In this document: positions 40,247-49,109 of the stretch, in pieces | How the letters are laid out: the number at the start of each line of letters is the position of its first letter | How positions within the stretch are numbered: the first letter of the stretch is position 1 | Virus record (IMG/VR): IMGVR_UViG_2718218393_000006 | Location: 46,356 to 110,355 of that record | Source: a virus | Taxonomy: Duplodnaviria; Caudoviricetes | Reading direction: 5' to 3' (one strand) | Length of the DNA: 64,000 nt | Translations under genes and position numbers: made by a program | Notes under the pieces: model-generated | Told to the model about the DNA's origin: nothing | The model's database searches: none | The model's input: the letters and a program-made list of their open reading frames with translations, nothing else

Positions 40247-40759
40247 TCACTCCCCTCCCTTGATCTCGTGCGCCCGGCCGCCAGCGCCCGGCACCTTGTA
40301 CGCGCTCAACTTGCATTGCCCGTTCTCGCCCGGCTTGTAGACCACCAGCACGGCCGGGAACGGCGCCTTCGCCTTTGCCCCATCGAACCGCAGCCGCTTG
40401 TCCAGCGCGCGGATCTCCGCGGCCTTCAGCGCGTGGCGATGGAACCAACGGGTATCCGTCCGCGCCGGCACCAGGCAGACCACCAGCGCGCCATCGATGC
40501 TGGAGCAGTAGGCCTTGGCCATCCACAGCTTGATCTGGTGGCCGAACGGCGGGTTCATCCAGACGACGTCCCTGCCCCAGTCCTGGGCCAATCCATCCTG
40601 CTCGCGCGTGAAAAATCTCTCGCACTTGGCGTTCTCCGGCGTCGCGCAGACGTCCAGCGTGAACCCGAACTCCGCGTGCAGCTGGTCGAACAGCTCCTGC
40701 GGTGTCGGCCACTCGTCCGTTTTGCTGCTGAAATGCACCTGCTCGCTCAGATCCGCCAT
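40247..40759 (-). CDS. Phage DNA N6-adenine methyltransferase
   Basis: DEWPTP, FTLDVCA, WMNPPF, LVPARTDTRWF. Confidence 0.9.
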   Translation of the reverse strand: MADLSEQVHFSSKTDEWPTPQELFDQLHAEFGFTLDVCATPENAKCERFFTREQDGLAQDWGRDVVWMNPPFGHQIKLWMAKAYCSSIDGALVVCLVPARTDTRWFHRHALKAAEIRALDKRLRFDGAKAKAPFPAVLVVYKPGENGQCKLSAYKVPGAGGRAHEIKGGE

Positions 40760-41040
40760 CAGGCGGCCTCCGCGAGCGCATAGTCGTTGGCGGCTTCGCG
40801 AGGCAGGAACGGGGCGAGGCGCTCATCGCCAGTGAGTTCGTACAGCCTGGCGCGTTCCGCAACAGAAAAACGCGCCGGGCAGTGCGAAACCTTATCCCGG
40901 TTTATCTTTCTCCTCAGCGAATTGGGGTTTATGCCCAGCTCGTCCGCCAAGTGCTTCAACTTCAGCCCCGTCCGATCCTTCCAGTCGGCAACGACCTGGT
41001 AGATCACCACATCGATCTCAGAAAACATGGTTCGCAACAT
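40759..41040 (-). CDS. CII-like HTH regulator
   Basis: LADELGINPNSLRRKIN; first gene of the leftward early operon. Confidence 0.6.
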   Translation of the reverse strand: MLRTMFSEIDVVIYQVVADWKDRTGLKLKHLADELGINPNSLRRKINRDKVSHCPARFSVAERARLYELTGDERLAPFLPREAANDYALAEAA

Positions 41041-41283
41041 TTCCTTGAAAAGTGATCATTTTCAAAGGTTTAGTGCTTTGCCATACTTCACTCAGCACCA
41101 AGCCAGACCCGCTACAGCGCCTCGACCGGCTACCACCTTGGAGCGCGATGCGGGAGTTCTTTGACAACTGGATAAAACGCAAAGGAAATCCATAAATGCA
41201 TGCACAAAGAAGTGGCGCCAGGCTGTCATACACACCGCAATCGTTGCAGCTATCGCAGGGAGCGAGTAAAGACGCACACGCAG

Positions 41284-41350
41284 AAAGAATAACAATTTGT
41301 TATTCTTTTAGCAATAACATTTTGGGAGTTCCAGGCAATAACAATTTGCT
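41284..41350. promoter_or_regulatory. Operator cluster (OR-like)
   Basis: 25-bp palindrome AAAGAATAACAA-T-TTGTTATTCTTT (41284-41308) plus two further CAATAACA half-sites. Confidence 0.75.
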
Positions 41351-41363
41351 GTCAAATCGCAGC

Positions 41364-41729
41364 ATGGAAAGTAAAGAATTTCGTCGTGCCAACTTGCTTG
41401 CCTTGATCGAGCAATATGGAACAATCAGGCACCTAGCCGAAAAGGTTGATGTGGCCCCAAACCATCTGAGCCTTGTGAAAAACCATGTAAGAAACATGGG
41501 GGATAAGCTTGCGCGTCGCATCGAGGAGGCTGTAGGAAAGCCAGTGGGCTGGATGGACTTGCCTCACGATGGTGGCGACTTGGACCTAGCCCAAGATGTG
41601 GCATCAGTTACGATCACAGCTCAGTCTGAAGAGGAGCTCGTGAAGCTCCTGCGCGAAAAGGGCGAAGCCTACGCGTTCGAACTGCTCCGCAAGGCATTCA
41701 TGGAGCAGGAAAACAAAAAGGGCGACTGA
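41364..41729 (+). CDS. CI-like HTH repressor without an S24 peptidase domain
   Basis: RRANL..LI..YG....LAEK....PNHLS..K...RNMGDKLARRIE...GKP.GWMD; 121 aa. Confidence 0.75.
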   Translation: MESKEFRRANLLALIEQYGTIRHLAEKVDVAPNHLSLVKNHVRNMGDKLARRIEEAVGKPVGWMDLPHDGGDLDLAQDVASVTITAQSEEELVKLLREKGEAYAFELLRKAFMEQENKKGD

Positions 41730-41748
41730 TGTCGCCCCACTCTACCCT

Positions 41749-41946
41749 CTAGGCCGCAAACCTGGCCTGGGTCAAATCTAGACTACTCACATCCCCGCTC
41801 CGCACAAACTCCAAGGAGCCATCTTGGTAGCGCCTGAGCGCCACTTCGGCGACAACCGGGCCGCGCGCGTCGAAACCAGCTCTGTGGTGATGACAGTTTG
41901 CCGCATGCACACATGGCGCATGAGCGGTATTGCAATTGCTCTGCAT
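41749..41946 (-). CDS. Small Cys/His-rich ORF (candidate LuxR-controlled antirepressor)
   Basis: GGAG RBS; 65 aa; lies downstream of the lux-box-like palindrome. Confidence 0.5.
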   Translation of the reverse strand: MQSNCNTAHAPCVHAANCHHHRAGFDARGPVVAEVALRRYQDGSLEFVRSGDVSSLDLTQARFAA

Positions 41947-42031
41947 TCCTAACTCCGTTTCAGGTGCTCAATCGTAGCCGTCTGTCATATGTCACTACTG
42001 ACATCTTCTTGTTTTATTGCCACATTGTCCC

Positions 42032-42049
42032 ACCTGACATCTGTCAGGT
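42032..42049. promoter_or_regulatory. lux-box-like 18-bp palindrome
   Basis: ACCTGACA-TC-TGTCAGGT; same ACCTG...CAGGT ends as the V. fischeri lux box. Confidence 0.6.
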
Positions 42050-42125
42050 CATTACTAGAAATAGTAAGAAAATCTGTACACAGTAAAAATACGTATTTAT
42101 AAATACATGGTTTAAATGCCATGTA

Positions 42126-42878
42126 TTATTCGCATGCCCCGATCTTGTACATCAGCTGCTCTACAGTTGACGCCTCGTAAGTCTCCATCAGGCGTCCGAT
42201 GTGGTAATCGATTGTGTAGACACTCTTGCCTAAAGCTGATGCCACCTCTGCTCTTTTAAACCCTCGCTTACAATACAGATCGATTACGGTTTGCTGGATT
42301 TTGCTCGTTTTAGCAATTCGTGCGTTTGAGGCAAAAACTCTATGCGCGACCTCGGCCAGATCGGGAAGCAGCATTTCGAGCAAATCACGCAGCGCGCGGT
42401 CGTCTTCCACCTGGCGCCCAATCATCGACAGCACGTATCGAACACCGCCGCCCTTATCGGCAATGTAGGTCAGGCCATGCGTTAGCTTGTGGTGCTCGCA
42501 ATCAGAGACGAACCTCCGCTGCGCCTGGGTCAGGCCCTGGGCGTAGAGCCGCGTCGACCACACAACCGGCTCACCTGCGGACGCCCTCACAATGGGGTCA
42601 ACCTTCACGTAACCACGCTCTACGTACCGCAGCAACCAATCCTCAGACCAGCCGTGATTTATGTACAGCGATGGCACCTTGGTCCCGTAGAACGTCGCCA
42701 ACAGCGTCGGCGCACCGCCGGCTACCGTGCACACCAGAGCCAGGGCCGCGTCAAGATCATCGCGCGTCCGAGCACGCACCAGCATGCTGCGCAGCGCTGC
42801 AGCAGCGCAGATTGCTGCATTGATTCTGTTATTGGATATCGCCGCGACTTCCGGCAGCTGATCGATAGCTGTCGTCAT
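42126..42878 (-). CDS. LuxR-family autoinducer-binding transcriptional regulator (solo, phage-encoded)
   Basis: W..RY...Y..VDPIV, VVW and HG match the AHL-pocket residues; C-terminal HTH (AEVASALGKSVYTIDYHI). Confidence 0.85.
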   Translation of the reverse strand: MTTAIDQLPEVAAISNNRINAAICAAAALRSMLVRARTRDDLDAALALVCTVAGGAPTLLATFYGTKVPSLYINHGWSEDWLLRYVERGYVKVDPIVRASAGEPVVWSTRLYAQGLTQAQRRFVSDCEHHKLTHGLTYIADKGGGVRYVLSMIGRQVEDDRALRDLLEMLLPDLAEVAHRVFASNARIAKTSKIQQTVIDLYCKRGFKRAEVASALGKSVYTIDYHIGRLMETYEASTVEQLMYKIGACE

Positions 42879-42942
42879 GAGTCCTCCCCGTCTATTCAAG
42901 GTAGGACATTTCAACGACGCAGAAAACCGCGCCGCCGATTTC

Positions 42943-43278
42943 TCAGCGTGCGGTGGTCAGTAGCCGCTGCACCAGGCGCCAGACTTCGTCCGGCCCTTTG
43001 CTCAGCATTTGCTCAGCTACATCTTCCAGCGAGTCCGCAGAGACGTAAGGGGCCTCCGTGCTCGCCAAGGGCGTCTTACGCCCCTTGCCTGTCTCCAGCC
43101 ATGTCAGCGAGACCCCCAGCGCCTTCGCAATGCCCGGCAGCTTGGCAGACTCGCGATTGCGACCATTCTCCAGGTCAGCAACTATCGACCGACTGCAACC
43201 GGCCCGCCGGCCAAGATCTTCCTGGCGCCAGCCGCGGCGCATGCGCTCGGCCCTGATTCGATCACCTCTTACATTCAT
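42943..43278 (-). CDS. XRE-family HTH regulator
   Basis: GDRIRAER...WRQEDLG...SRSIVADLENG...IAKALGVSLTWLETGKG. Confidence 0.85.
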   Translation of the reverse strand: MNVRGDRIRAERMRRGWRQEDLGRRAGCSRSIVADLENGRNRESAKLPGIAKALGVSLTWLETGKGRKTPLASTEAPYVSADSLEDVAEQMLSKGPDEVWRLVQRLLTTAR

Positions 43279-43535
43279 GCCGCATTGTCGATTACGGCAG
43301 AGATGCCATGGCACCATTCAGAGATGGCATTACATCACAATCGGGCGCAAAAAAGCCCGCGTGAGCGGGCTTGTTGCGGGCGCCAGGTGTTTTTATCTGA
43401 ACGGGTGGGCTCAGCCTGGGCTTGAGGTGAGTCTGCCGGTGGTGGCCGGCGCGGTCAAGACAAAGGAAAACCCGCCGGAGCGGGTTAGGGAAATTGGCAA
43501 GTATATTTTGCCGCTTCAAGCGGAAGGATTGTAAA

Positions 43536-44573
43536 TTACAACACACTAACTAAATAGGCCAACTCTCTCTGGTAGCGGGTAACAGACGAATTTACTTGAA
43601 GCCTCTTCCCTTCCACAGTATGAAAACCACCTATTTGAAGCTTTGAAATAGGGATGCTTTTTGCACCACTAATTCGACCTGAAGAAACGAAATCATCAGT
43701 TAGAACAAATGCATCCGCAGGATCTGACACATCAAAAGCATGATAAAATTTTTCTGCAATTGAAAGCGCACGCTCGACATACATTTTTGATGCTCTATCA
43801 GGCGTGGAACGTATTCGACTTTTCGAACCTACCATTGTCATGACAATTGCAGCTACTTTAGGCACTGACAATCCCCCAGCACGTTCATTCCATACCGCAA
43901 AATCTCGCTTATTATTATGAAGCATATCCAACGTAAGCTCCAGCGACTCAATAGAGTGCTCGTCTACTCGCACAGGTATAACCAATGCGTCTGCAGCACA
44001 CCATGCAAGATGGGTTCCGCCCGCATAAAATGGGCTTGTATCGATGAGAACGCCTTCAGCTTTTTTTTCTTTTGCCTCTTCCGCTAGAACATTTTTCAAG
44101 CTCTCCAGCAAAGACTTCACAGCTTTGGGATTGCTTTGCGAGTGCGCCAGCTGCAGCTGCTGATAAAGTGTCGAAGGAAATGCAAACATTTCAGCATCTC
44201 CAGGAACAACATAGCTCGGCTTTGTTGTTTTAAAAGCACCACAATATTGAGAAACTCTATATGAAAGATCAGATGGCTTTTCACCAAATGCAGGACCAAG
44301 CAGTACAGGCTGCAAGCCCTTTAGAATAGTCACCTCTGGAGTTTCATCACGCATTAGAGTTTCACTCAGATTGCACTGAGGGCAAACATCTGCGACAAGC
44401 ATTGGCCTTCTGATACTCATTTCAAATGCCAAATTGAAGCTAAGCGTGGACTTGCCGACACCACCTCGTAGTGTAGTGACGGCATAGTTTTTGTATTTTA
44501 AATCTCCCGCTCTGACGAAGCCTTCTTCCACGACTTTTCGATGCGTTTCAAAGATTTTATCCAGGCCACCCAT
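43536..44573 (-). CDS. Orphan ParA/Soj-family ATPase (AT-rich)
   Basis: LRGGVGKST (Arg at the signature Lys), ADVCPQCNLS, LIDTSP, ADALVIPV; start MGGLDK. Confidence 0.85.
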   Translation of the reverse strand: MGGLDKIFETHRKVVEEGFVRAGDLKYKNYAVTTLRGGVGKSTLSFNLAFEMSIRRPMLVADVCPQCNLSETLMRDETPEVTILKGLQPVLLGPAFGEKPSDLSYRVSQYCGAFKTTKPSYVVPGDAEMFAFPSTLYQQLQLAHSQSNPKAVKSLLESLKNVLAEEAKEKKAEGVLIDTSPFYAGGTHLAWCAADALVIPVRVDEHSIESLELTLDMLHNNKRDFAVWNERAGGLSVPKVAAIVMTMVGSKSRIRSTPDRASKMYVERALSIAEKFYHAFDVSDPADAFVLTDDFVSSGRISGAKSIPISKLQIGGFHTVEGKRLQVNSSVTRYQRELAYLVSVL

Positions 44574-44624
44574 TTTAGCTTCCCCAAATGTTGAGTTTGT
44601 ACGGCAGACGAGTTGAGCATAGCA

Positions 44625-44779
44625 TGCAGGTGGTGCAGGTGCAACGAAGAAGTGCAGGTGGTGCAGGTGAAACGAAGAAGTGCAGGTGGTGCAGGTGCAA
44701 CGAATAAGTGCAGGTGATGCAGGTGAAACGAAGAAGTGCAGGTGGCGCAGGTGCAACGAAGAAGTGCAGGTGGTGCAGG
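44625..44779. repeat. 5.5 tandem 28-bp repeats upstream of the ParA-like gene
   Basis: Unit TGCAGGTGGTGCAGGTG(C/A)AACGAAGAAG at 44625, 44653, 44681, 44709, 44737; partial at 44765. Confidence 0.95.
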
Positions 44780-44877
44780 AGTTGACGGTAAAAATAAAGA
44801 GAGCACTCAACTGCGCCAAGCCTCGGCCGGTTCATCACCATTCAAGTGGCGGGGCAGAGATTGGGCTCCGACACCTG

Positions 44878-45072
44878 CTATATGGACACATACCGCCAAG
44901 TCTTGAGCCCCATCTTGAGTGCGGCAAACTTGGCGGATTCCTTGTTGCCCCATAGCGGGGTAGCGCTCAGATCCAGGGCTTCGGCCAGTGTGTGGCCGGC
45001 CTCGGGCTTGTCGCGCTGGTACACGTACCACTTCACCTTATCGCCAGTCGTTGCCAGTACGTAGGTCGCCAT
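44878..45072 (-). CDS. Small hypothetical protein
   Basis: AAGGG RBS; 64 aa. Confidence 0.5.
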   Translation of the reverse strand: MATYVLATTGDKVKWYVYQRDKPEAGHTLAEALDLSATPLWGNKESAKFAALKMGLKTWRYVSI

Positions 45073-45134
45073 GTTGAGCCCTTTAACTGTCGGCATCTCC
45101 GCAGCACGCACTCGTCCACCGTTTGCGGCTGTCT

Positions 45135-45548
45135 TTATTTCTTCTCAAGCCAATAATGCATCCGACTGTCCGGGTCCTCCATCAAGGATTTGCACATGTC
45201 GGAATACTGGAAGAGCAGTCCATCAAAACCTTCGTTTGCTAAGGCTTTTGACTCGATCTGGGTGTGTAGCAGGAGCTTTGATCGAGCGTATTCCGGCGGC
45301 TGCCCCTCCATCAGCACTTCAAGCATCTGCATCGCATGGAGAGCAGATGTCTTACTTGCCTTTGCAGCTGCCTTCCATTTGCTGTCCGTCCGCCCTGATT
45401 CTTCTGAGACCGTTGAAACAATTGTGTAGTAAGCGGCGCATGCAGCCATGTCGTCCGCGAGATTTGCAATGGCCGTTGGTGTGTCATATGCCTTTGCAGG
45501 GCTGGTAGCCAACAGGCCAATGCTGGCCGCCAATACACACACCTTCAT
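45135..45548 (-). CDS. Exported hypothetical protein
   Basis: Signal peptide ending AKA; CAAYY motif. Confidence 0.6.
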   Translation of the reverse strand: MKVCVLAASIGLLATSPAKAYDTPTAIANLADDMAACAAYYTIVSTVSEESGRTDSKWKAAAKASKTSALHAMQMLEVLMEGQPPEYARSKLLLHTQIESKALANEGFDGLLFQYSDMCKSLMEDPDSRMHYWLEKK

Positions 45549-45624
45549 CTCTGTCCCATCAGATGCGGCAGACGCCTCTGTCGCAACTCCGTGAACACAG
45601 ACTTTTCGTCGAAGCCGCCGGACA

Positions 45625-46020
45625 TCAGCATCCCAGCCATGGCGCAATATCCGACTTGTTCTGCACCGCATCCGCCCAGGTACTCATCGGAGTAGCTTTG
45701 CCGTTCTTAATCGTCCAGCGCATCAAAAACTCTCTGTAGTAGCGAGCATCATCCGGTGTTGGTGGCGGCGCCGCGGCGATGATGTGCAGCAGCTGATTTT
45801 TAGGGTCGCCTCCAGTGTTCGTCAGCTCCGAAAATCTCTTGTCGATCTTGAAGCGGCAGGCCTTAAAGGCGTCCCACGCCGTGCCGTGCGCCGCGCTAGG
45901 GATCGCCTTCAGCGCAGCCTCAATCCGTGTCATCGAATCGGCGTAAGTTGCGGTCGGCACCAGAGCCAGGATGCAAGCGAATACCCATACCTTCACAACC
46001 CTCTCCTTTACCCGCATCAA
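45625..46020 (-). CDS. Exported hypothetical protein
   Basis: Signal peptide ending TYA. Confidence 0.5.
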   Translation of the reverse strand: MMRVKERVVKVWVFACILALVPTATYADSMTRIEAALKAIPSAAHGTAWDAFKACRFKIDKRFSELTNTGGDPKNQLLHIIAAAPPPTPDDARYYREFLMRWTIKNGKATPMSTWADAVQNKSDIAPWLGC

Positions 46021-46053
46021 AGGGCGGCTCGGTCACTTACCCCTGCCAGAGCC

Positions 46054-46461
46054 TCAGTCTGTAGCCGTCTGTACAACTGACATAGAGGCTGACTGGTCGA
46101 TCAGCACTCGGAAGCGAGCCTCCTGCTCGGCCCCCGCCACGCCGGCCACCTCCTTCAGATTGCCACCACAAAACGCTCCGTTCGGTTCAGCGCCAATCAC
46201 TACCGATCCCGGGTTGCTCCTCAATCTGACAACCTCGCCAGCCCCTAGGAGGGCGCGCAACTTTCCATTCACGTAGATGCGGGTATCACAGGCTGAGCCG
46301 ACCATTCCAGCGTCACGCTTCACCAGTATCTGCGCACTCCCTTCACCAATATCCATGACTTTGCTCGGCTCTACCGGCCTTGCTTTTGCAAAAGAAACTG
46401 GCTGCGTCGCGCAGGCGCTCAGGACAAGTGAAAAAGCAATGCACATTGAAATTTTCCACAT
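46054..46461 (-). CDS. Lipoprotein (superinfection-exclusion candidate)
   Basis: Lipobox LSAC; VKRDAG.VGSAC...YVNG; located in the immunity region. Confidence 0.65.
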   Translation of the reverse strand: MWKISMCIAFSLVLSACATQPVSFAKARPVEPSKVMDIGEGSAQILVKRDAGMVGSACDTRIYVNGKLRALLGAGEVVRLRSNPGSVVIGAEPNGAFCGGNLKEVAGVAGAEQEARFRVLIDQSASMSVVQTATD

Positions 46462-46543
46462 GTGAAGCAAACCCAATGGTTGACATTGGCATCTTACACT
46501 TGGCTACAAGCCAAGCCAATCTGCATTACTTTATCGGGATCGA

Positions 46544-47149
46544 TCATGCCAAAAGTAGTTTGATGAAACTCAGCACCGCCAATGGACCCCGGTGCCTAAT
46601 TTCCTCTGCCAGCTTCTCGTCAGACAACTTGGGCAGCATGCCTACCGTGGCATGATTATTGTCCAGCCACGCGTTCGGAAGGCCAGCAGCCACTTCGATC
46701 TTCCTGGCGATCTCATCACCGCAGCGCCGCTCCCCTGACTTGACGGTGCTTAAGTAAGAGGGCGATGTCCCTACCTCGCTGGCAAGCTTTGCCGCCATGC
46801 CACGAATTGCCAAAATGGACATAAGGTTATCTCGGCGAATTCCATATACGTCCTTCAGCTCGCCAAGGGGTTCTACGGGAACGTCTGCATCCCCGCCTCC
46901 AGGGAAGTCCATCCAGCCTCTCGGCTTACCAACAGCGGCCTCAATCTTTCTGGCCAGCAATTCCCCCACCCTCTTCTTGTCGTTCTTCACCTGACTTAAG
47001 TAATTCGGCTTGATCCCAAGCTTGCTCGCCAGCTCGGCCGTTGCCCCTCGGCGTGCCACAAGTGAAAACAGCTTCTCCTTGCGCACTTCGAAAACGTCGG
47101 CAAATCCGTGCCCCTCTTCACGCTGCGTCTCTTCGTCATCATCGCTCAT
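46544..47149 (-). CDS. Repressor-like protein with two tandem HTH domains, paralogous to 41364-41729
   Basis: Two copies of R..L..L...RG..A.LAS..G..P.YLS.VK...R.G...ARKIE.A.G.P..W.D. Confidence 0.75.
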   Translation of the reverse strand: MSDDDEETQREEGHGFADVFEVRKEKLFSLVARRGATAELASKLGIKPNYLSQVKNDKKRVGELLARKIEAAVGKPRGWMDFPGGGDADVPVEPLGELKDVYGIRRDNLMSILAIRGMAAKLASEVGTSPSYLSTVKSGERRCGDEIARKIEVAAGLPNAWLDNNHATVGMLPKLSDEKLAEEIRHRGPLAVLSFIKLLLA

Positions 47150-47210
47150 TCCAACCTCCCGTCTCCAATGCCAGCATCTTACAGCCATGGGTTGGGCGGC
47201 GTGGCGGGCA

Positions 47211-47295
47211 ATTACACAATGTAATTGCATTAAAGCAACACAACCAATTGGAAATATCATTTTGTTATTGATTGATGAATATCTGTTTGTTATTG
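47211..47295. promoter_or_regulatory. Operator cluster (OL-like) / early rightward promoter region
   Basis: ATTACA-CAA-TGTAAT palindrome and two TTTGTTATTG boxes (47261, 47286) matching the 41284 operator half-site. Confidence 0.6.
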
Positions 47296-47996
47296 TTACC
47301 CCATCAGCACAGCAACACAGTGCACCGATCTCTAACAACCAGCAGCGATACGGCACAGCCCAGGGCGCGCAGCAAGGCACCCCCTGTCAGGTCTCAGACC
47401 TGAGGAAGCGATGGCCAAGTCATGCAGAAGCACCTGCATGTCGCGCAAGAGGTTCGCAAGGAGCGGACCAATGACAGCGCAAGCGCCCACCCCACCGTGG
47501 CGAGTAACGGGGGAGTGAAGTAGAAGGCCGCTTTGAGAGAGGCGGCACACTGGATGGGATCGCGCACTGGACATGCGCAAGCGGCGGCAACCGCGAGGCC
47601 CAAGCTGGAAAGTAGGTGTCTGCCAGCCTCATCCAGTGTGAGCGGTAAACAGGCGAGAGCGGCCTGAGTAAAACGGCTTATGCGACTGGCCCGGTCGTTA
47701 AACGGGCACCCACACGCCTGGGTCCTTTGGCTGGACAGCGCCAAGAGCGGGCCTCCTCAGTTCCCAGCCGTGTAGGTCAACGCCAGGAGAAGCATGGATA
47801 TATTTTTGCTCTGGCTTTGGATTCTGATTGGTTGGCGCCCGCGAGAGCGACTTTCCTCGCGCGGCAAGGAAGTCAGATCCACTACGGCAGTAGCATCGCC
47901 ACCACCTCAGATGGCCTGCGCGAAGGGCGCGCAGTAGCCATCGCCAACCTGAGAGACGGGCCGCTTCGGCGGCCGAGACAACTGAAAGGACATCGC

Positions 47997-48176
47997 ATGA
48001 GCGAACAGGGTTTCACGAAGGGCCAGGCGGTCAGCTTCACCACCATCCACGGCCGCGAAGGTAAAGGCAAGATCATCGACATCACCAAGGGCGCCAAGGG
48101 CGACTTCATCAAAGTGCAGGAAGACGGCAGCGACAAGGTGACATCCTGCCGCCCGAAGCAGCTGAAGGCCGCCTAA
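47997..48176 (+). CDS. Small SH3/KOW-like protein
   Basis: AAAGGA RBS; strong codon bias; 59 aa. Confidence 0.6.
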   Translation: MSEQGFTKGQAVSFTTIHGREGKGKIIDITKGAKGDFIKVQEDGSDKVTSCRPKQLKAA

Positions 48177-48593
48177 GCCGCCGCCGGCGACAGCCGGCTG
48201 CATTGCTGAACGCCTTGTGCGAGCAAGTGTAGCGCTGGCCGCGCTTACCGGGCGCCACCCGGGCAGGAGCCACAAGACGTTCAGCAATGCAGTGTAGACC
48301 CCCGTACTGTGCCGGGGCCGCTTCGGCGGGACACCTTCCGGTTGCGCACCCCAACCGACTGCGCAGATGGGTGGGTCACAGAACACCGTAGACCCTTGCA
48401 GCAGCGCCGGCAGCCTTCACAGGTAGTCTGATGCCGGTAGGACCGCTGATTTCAGCGGTGGGGCCGAGGGCCACGCCCTCCCCGGCTGGATGATGGATCA
48501 TGCCAGTCGCCCCACCCCTGCGATTCGCAGGTTTCTCCTCAGTTTTCCTTAATTTACCCGGCCCTCGCGCCGGGTTTCTTTTTGGAGTTCGCC

Positions 48594-48773
48594 ATGCACA
48601 CCTTCACCGTCGAATTCGTGCCGCGCGCCAAGACCAAGGGTGCCACCCTCCGCATCGAGGGTGTGCAGGCATCAGACAGACACTCCGCCATCATCCGCGC
48701 CGCCAGCCAGGAGCGAATCAACGCTGCCAACTACAAGCCGCGCGCCACCCTTCAGCGAAAGGAAGCAGCATGA
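48594..48773 (+). CDS. Early hypothetical protein
   Basis: GGAG RBS; coupled to the next ORF. Confidence 0.55.
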   Translation: MHTFTVEFVPRAKTKGATLRIEGVQASDRHSAIIRAASQERINAANYKPRATLQRKEAA

Positions 48774-49018
48774 TCGCCAACGCTACCGCGACGCCGGCCG
48801 CCGCGCAGATCAACGTCGACTGTCGCAAACTGCAGGCCGCCAACTCCGGCTGCTATGCAGTGCATGCGATGTCCGGGTTTCGCGTCCACTTCCAGTATCC
48901 ACGCACCCGCCGCCGCATCGACAACCTGATCGTGCTGGCCCGCAGCAAGGGCGAGGCGCTGGATCGCGCCGGCGCCATGCTGCCCGATTACCTCCCCACT
49001 GGAATGTCGCGGCTATGA
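48770..49018 (+). CDS. Early hypothetical protein
   Basis: ATGA overlap; phage-like codon usage. Confidence 0.5.
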   Translation: MIANATATPAAAQINVDCRKLQAANSGCYAVHAMSGFRVHFQYPRTRRRIDNLIVLARSKGEALDRAGAMLPDYLPTGMSRL

Positions 49019-49109
49019 AGGCGCGGATCAAATACGCCCTGGGCGGGCTCGTCGCCACCTCCCTCTTCTTCGCCGCAGTCACTTTGGCTCAGGCCGTGGA
49101 GCAACTCCA

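Noticed and set aside
41092-41295. Cro gene at the expected position
   Set aside because: The ORFs here show no HTH pattern, so a Cro could not be supported.
44625-44779. CRISPR array
   Set aside because: Repeats are directly abutting with no unique spacers, and no cas genes are present.
44498-44955. ORFs over the 28-bp repeats, including the 427-aa extended ParA start at 44819
   Set aside because: Low-complexity translations of a repeat whose unit is not a multiple of 3; the ATPase more plausibly starts at ATG 44573.
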